Of a DNA stretch of 64,000 nucleotides, positions 58,801-64,000 are shown piece after piece; the stretch's first letter is position 1; the number at the start of each line of letters is the position of its first letter. The notes below the pieces were generated by a model. It was not told where the DNA came from and ran no database searches. It saw nothing but the letters and a program-made list of their open reading frames with translations. The position numbers and the translations under genes were made by a program. The stretch is taken from assembly GCA_044223005.1 (NCBI GenBank), contig JBGAML010000005.1:32001-96000 (forward strand), read 5' to 3'. The DNA comes from Candidatus Eiseniibacteriota bacterium (GTDB lineage: Bacteria > Eisenbacteria > RBG-16-71-46).

Positions 58801-59197
58801 CGTTGCCCGTGCCCAGGGAACCCCAGCGCGTGAGCACCGAACCGGCACTCGAGACCTTGGTCACGCGGTTGGGGCCGATTTCGAGCACGTAGACGTTCCC
58901 GGAATCGTCGACCGCGATCGAGGAGATGTTGTCGAAGTTGTACGGCGCACCCGACCACGCGCCGACGAACTCGCCCGTGCGCTTGAAGAAGCTGACCCGG
59001 TTCTTGGTCGCGTCCCCGACGTAGACGCGGTCACCCGAGATCGCCAGGTCGAGGGGCGCGGCGAAGCTCGAGCTGCCGTCGGAGGTCCAGCCGAAGCTGT
59101 AGGGTGGAGGAGTCTCGGCGCTCGCGACGCGCGAAGTGATTCCGGAGAGTCCGAGAGCGAGCAACGCGAAAAGCACGAACCGGGATGGGCGGCTCAT
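55862..59197 (-). CDS. Secreted NHL-repeat + FG-GAP/VCBS-repeat + FN3 protein with C-terminal sorting-type domain
   Basis: Signal peptide; NHL repeats (GQFDTPQGI..GNVYVGDTNNHRIQKF); WGDFDNDGDLD repeats; ENDLAGYKLYRG; tail ENP..LDVAGRKV..GLYMVRL. Confidence 0.9.
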   Translation of the reverse strand: MSRPSRFVLFALLALGLSGITSRVASAETPPPYSFGWTSDGSSSFAAPLDLAISGDRVYVGDATKNRVSFFKRTGEFVGAWSGAPYNFDNISSIAVDDSGNVYVLEIGPNRVTKVSSAGSVLTRWGSLGTGNGQFDTPQGIGCDASGNVYVGDTNNHRIQKFTSLGGYLGQWGGPGVLNGKFFYPKKVAVSRANGLIYVSDTGNDRIQAFTTAGAYQFQWGSNGSQNGGFDRPDHVAVDATGNVYVSDLFNDRIQKFTSTGAFLCTWGPSGSAPGQLYRPSGLDVDAYGDVYVADAGNLRVQCFGSIFLDTGAGLPALSSPSLAWGDFDNDGDLDLLLTGTSASGSISRVYRNTAGVFTDLAAGLPPVTGGDAQWADVDNDGDLDIVIAGSGLFQVYRNNGNGTFTNSGAVLPGFSSVAIACGDFDQDGWTDLLVNGYPGSGSFVAAIYHNNGDGSFTNMNAGLTGLDQPSIAGAPVACYDYDRDGLLDALVGGKVYHSNGNGTFALVTTVSAGSTHQLAVSDQDGDGLLDLWLGSNAFFRNLGNGSFPSTGVSPAPPFDTVTPCAASADLDNDGRVDYVLGGLAGAGSVCRVISNDRVDLAVGLAALRDGKVAIGDYDQDGHLDLVLAGTQSVSTTTTRLYRGGYGIQNPPTTMNRVYAYNASVSGTKLRITWTGNGSVHYPFGVTPVTYDIRVGTTANGMDLASVPADPLTGLRRVAALGALTTTSYAIDLARIHRNPHYGIQMVDYGLKGGAFTDDTLFVLGAGIASVNDLPGDQGGWLRITFAASPLDVANAATPATTYGVWRHIAITSNPARAASVRGSGASLEALRASVPSGLVVREEQGRILTTGAVRDGASSTSAFPPGTWELVTSVPALQQAQYFVAVPTVTNAAADTFVVTTSTTAPTIWIASDPASGQSVDNIPPLAPAAFTGTYSAGAAHLTWSPNAENDLAGYKLYRGTTPGFLPSPANLVATVTTTTYDDPAAISGNYFILRAADVNGNLSVFALTQAGQVLGVGPETNVAFALQAPENPARGSSLRVAFALPAASPARLALLDVAGRKVSEREVGVLGAGRHSVDLGAGATLAPGLYMVRLEQGAAVRTARVVVLR

Positions 59198-59506
59198 AGG
59201 GGGGACCCGATCTCCTGGAGGCCTGCCCGCACGAGCGGGCGCGTGAGGGACGACGAGGATCGCGATGCTCTCGGCGATCCGGAATGCCGGGCACGAAGCC
59301 ACGAGCGTGCGCACCTATACCGCGAAGAGGATGCGCGCCAGAAGAGCGAATTCGCGTTCCGACACACAAACCGCTGGCTCGTCCGCGCGACGCAACGCAC
59401 CAGTGCACATTGTTTCGCTCGCGCGAACACGCACGAGCGTGCGGCGGGCACGAGGCGCGTCGCCGGAATGCGAAGCCGCTCGCGTCGGGCCTCGACGCCG
59501 AGCGAC

Positions 59507-61317
<1,811 letters not shown>

Positions 61318-61321
<4 letters not shown>

Positions 61322-62481
61322 GCGGCACGCTCTCCGGGGGCGCCGATCGCGACGCCCGTGAAGGTCTGGTTCACGTGGATGCTTCCGTACTGCTCGCCGT
61401 ACGTGTGGAACCCCATCACCGAGTAGCGGGCGAAGAGGTTTGCCAGCGGCACGTGCAGTTCGTGGCGCTCTGCCTCCAGCTTGCGCAGGATGCAGTCGCA
61501 CCCGATCACCAGTTGCGGCGGTCCCACGTGCTCGGAGACGCGCTTGAGCGAACGCTCGAGGCTGCCCACGAGATCGGACGCGGTCGCGAGATGGAGGATC
61601 AACCCCTCGTCGATGGCACAGTAGAAGGTCAGGCTGCCGTCGGCGTTGCGCTGCTGGATGCTTCGCACGTAATGCTGGCCGGCGAGGCGGACGACGACCG
61701 GGTGTTCGGCGAACACCTCCGGCGTCAGATCGGCCACCTCCACGCCGATGGCGCGGGCGTAGACGCGGTCCGCCGGCTCGCCGTCCAGCTCCAGGACGAG
61801 CCGCTCTTCGGAGTTCGCCGACGTCACCACGAAGAAGTGGTCCGTGGCCTCGAGGTGCTGGGAACGGAAGACGTGGAACGGCAGGTCCGTCTGGATCAAC
61901 GCGAGGACCGCGGTATTCGGGACGAAGCGGCCGTCTGCCAGCACCGCCGTGGACGCGAAGCGCTGATCGTCGCCCGCCGATCCGCCGAACAGCGGGATGC
62001 CGGGGAGGGCCGCGTGGAGGGCGCTCGTGACGATTTCCTCCCGCCGCGACAGTCCGTCGATCAGCAGCATGCCGAACATGCGGCCCGCGATCCGGCCGGG
62101 CTGTGACTCGTGCCGCACGACCAGGTCTTCCACGAGGCGCGTGGCTTCTCCGATCGTGAACGAGCGAAGGTCGCAGGCGCAGGCGGTCGAGACACGGAAA
62201 TGCTCGCGCGGCAGCGACACACCGACGAGAACTTCGTCGACCAGGCCATGGGAGTCGATGCCGCCCGCCGTGGTGCAGCCGATCACGGTCGTTTCACCGC
62301 AACGCTCGTGGATCGCGGTGGCGAACGCCGCGCGATCGAGCGACGCCGGCACGAAGAGGATCACCGCGGCGGCGGTGGAGGGCGCGAGCTCGCTCGCGAC
62401 CTGCTGAACGATCTCGTCGATCGAGCACCCCGGGACGGGGATGCTGGCTCGACGCACGACGACCTGCGGCCCGGCGGACAT
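61318..62481 (-). CDS. FIST-domain sensor, NosP-like
   Basis: [65 protein letters not shown]-coupled to the kinase. Confidence 0.88.
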
Positions 62482-62660
62482 GACCTGCCTCCCGGAGACG
62501 ATCGACGACCGCGCGCCGGGATTCCGGCGCACCTCACCTCTGGGAGTTTCGGATCGACGCGGGGCCCCTTGAGGCCGGGCGGCCGCTTCGCCGGCGGAAG
62601 CAGGCACGCAGCGACGGGCATTTGCGGCGCTCGCACCCGGTGGAACGGGCACGAACGCGA

Positions 62661-62692
62661 CGCGGCGCCGGCGGGAATCCGCCGGCGCCGCG
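62661..62692 (-). terminator. Perfect 14-bp hairpin downstream of the DHS-like gene
   Basis: CGCGGCGCCGGCGG-GAAT-CCGCCGGCGCCGCG. Confidence 0.6.
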
Positions 62693-62728
62693 ATCCTGCG
62701 TCCCGGAGCGGCGTCGCGCCGCGCCGCG

Positions 62729-63760
62729 TCACCAGCCCAGGAGCCACCCGAACACGAGCGGCGCGACGATCGTCGCGTCGGACTCGATGATGAACTTGGG
62801 CGTCTTGATGCCCAGCTTGCCCCACGTGATCTTCTCGTTCGGCACCGCGCCCGAATAGCTGCCGTAGCTCGTGGTGGAGTCGCTGATCTGGCAGAAGTAG
62901 CCCCAGAGCGGCACGTTGGTGCGCTGCAGGTCCTGGTGCAGCATCGGCACGACGCAGATCGGGAAGTCGCCCGCGATGCCGCCGCCGATCTGGAAGAAGC
63001 CGATCGAGCCGATCCCGTCGCGCTTGCGCGGGTGGAGCGGCTTCGCCGTCTTGGTGTACCAGTCCGCCAGCTCCATCATGTACTCGATGCCCGTGCGCAC
63101 CGTGTGCACGTTCTTCACGTCACCCGAGATCACGTGGCCGGCGTACATGTTGCCGAGCGTCGCGTCCTCCCAGCCGGGCACGATCATCGGCAGGTTCTTC
63201 TCGCACGCGGCCAGCATCCACGAGTTCTTCGGGTCGATCTGGTAGCTCTTCTCGAGCTTGCCGCCACGCAGGATGCGGAACATGAACTCGTGCGGGAACA
63301 GCCGCTCGCCCTTCTTGTCCGCCTTCACCCACTCCTCGAGCACGACCGCCTCGATGCGGCGCATGGCTTCCATCTCGGGAATGCAGGTGTCGGTGACGCG
63401 GTTCATGTGCCGGTCGAGCAGCGCCTGCTCGTCGGCGGGGGTGAGGTCGCGGTAGTGTGGCACGCGCTCGTAGTAGTCGTGCGCGACGAGGTTGAAGATG
63501 TCCTCTTCCAGGTTGGCGCCGGTGCAGACGATCGCGTGCACCTTGTCCTGGCGGATCATCTCGGCGAGCGACCGGCCGAGCTCGGCCGTCGACATCGCAC
63601 CGGCGAGCGTGACCACCATCTTGCCGCCCTCGTCGAGGTGCCGCGCGTACGCCCGGGTGGCGTCCATCAGCGCGGCGGCGTTGAAGTGGCGGTAGTGCTC
63701 CTCCATGAACGCCGAAACGGGGCCGCTGCCGGGCTTGCGGGACTTGGTGCGAGTCGCCAT
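62729..63760 (-). CDS. Deoxyhypusine synthase-like protein
   Basis: GAGGAG RBS; LAGAMSTAELG, TGANLEED, IGGGIAGDF, YSGAVPNEKITWGK, ESDATIVAP. Confidence 0.92.
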   Translation of the reverse strand: MATRTKSRKPGSGPVSAFMEEHYRHFNAAALMDATRAYARHLDEGGKMVVTLAGAMSTAELGRSLAEMIRQDKVHAIVCTGANLEEDIFNLVAHDYYERVPHYRDLTPADEQALLDRHMNRVTDTCIPEMEAMRRIEAVVLEEWVKADKKGERLFPHEFMFRILRGGKLEKSYQIDPKNSWMLAACEKNLPMIVPGWEDATLGNMYAGHVISGDVKNVHTVRTGIEYMMELADWYTKTAKPLHPRKRDGIGSIGFFQIGGGIAGDFPICVVPMLHQDLQRTNVPLWGYFCQISDSTTSYGSYSGAVPNEKITWGKLGIKTPKFIIESDATIVAPLVFGWLLGW

Positions 63761-63802
63761 CGGACGTCTTCTCCTCGAGTGGGTGCGATGCCTCACGGGC
63801 CG

Positions 63803-64000
63803 TCAGGCGCCGAGGTGCTTGCCGGTGATCAGGTGGTTCTGGACGTAGTCGCGTACCGCGTCCTCGAGTGGCGTGATCGCCACGTCGCAGCCGGCCGCGC
63901 GCAGTTTGGCCATCTCGGCCTGGGTGAAATACTGGTACTTGCCCTTCAGCTGTTCGGGCATGTCGACGTACTCGATGTTCGGCTCGCGGCCCATCGCGGC
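63803..64000 (-). CDS. hldD: ADP-L-glycero-D-manno-heptose 6-epimerase, C-terminal fragment (5' end outside window)
   Basis: IEYVDMPEQLKGKYQYFTQAEMAKLRAAG..LEDAVRDYV. Confidence 0.8.
   Translation of the reverse strand, partial: AAMGREPNIEYVDMPEQLKGKYQYFTQAEMAKLRAAGCDVAITPLEDAVRDYVQNHLITGKHLGA

Noticed and set aside
57330..58900. Periodic DNA repeats (GTCGAGATCGCCGTCGTTGTC, ACGTAGACGTT) as a possible CRISPR or repeat array
   Set aside because: They encode FG-GAP and NHL protein repeats in frame; there are no identical repeats with unique spacers and no cas genes.

Overview
A very GC-rich, gene-dense bacterial chromosomal segment with about 55 CDS. I saw no rRNA, tRNA, CRISPR array, transposase or phage genes. 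Most long ORFs in the supplied track are antisense or out-of-frame shadows, so I re-called starts from RBSs, ATGA/GTGA overlaps and family N-termini. Many exported proteins end in an FlgD-Ig/T9SS-like tail or a short 'TWGxLKxxYR' tail, which suggests Candidatus Eisenbacteria or a related FCB-adjacent lineage (inference). Main contents in order: a CarH/LitR-type B12 photoreceptor divergent from a five-gene fatty-acid modification operon (furan-fatty-acid-like); an ECF sigma/anti-sigma/periplasmic-protein triad; a sigma54-preceded glycosylation islet; an AraC regulator and two SAM-methyltransferase paralogs 18 kb apart that share a conserved promoter; a Ser/Thr kinase; a stand-alone rsmH; a 1471-aa secreted zinc protease with a coupled small partner; an ArsR-SRPBCC-DoxX-DUF1801 operon; a MacAB-like operon lacking an ATPase; a NosP/NahK-like pair; a deoxyhypusine-synthase-like gene; and the 3' end of hldD. 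The best candidate for an undescribed system is a pair of mutually exclusive C-terminal sorting signals on unrelated secreted passengers: three proteins end in P-x3-[ST]-TWGxLKxxYR and five end in an Ig-like CTD. Two split regulons (AraC and ECF) can also be inferred from shared promoter motifs. All family assignments come from motif recognition by eye; no searches were run.
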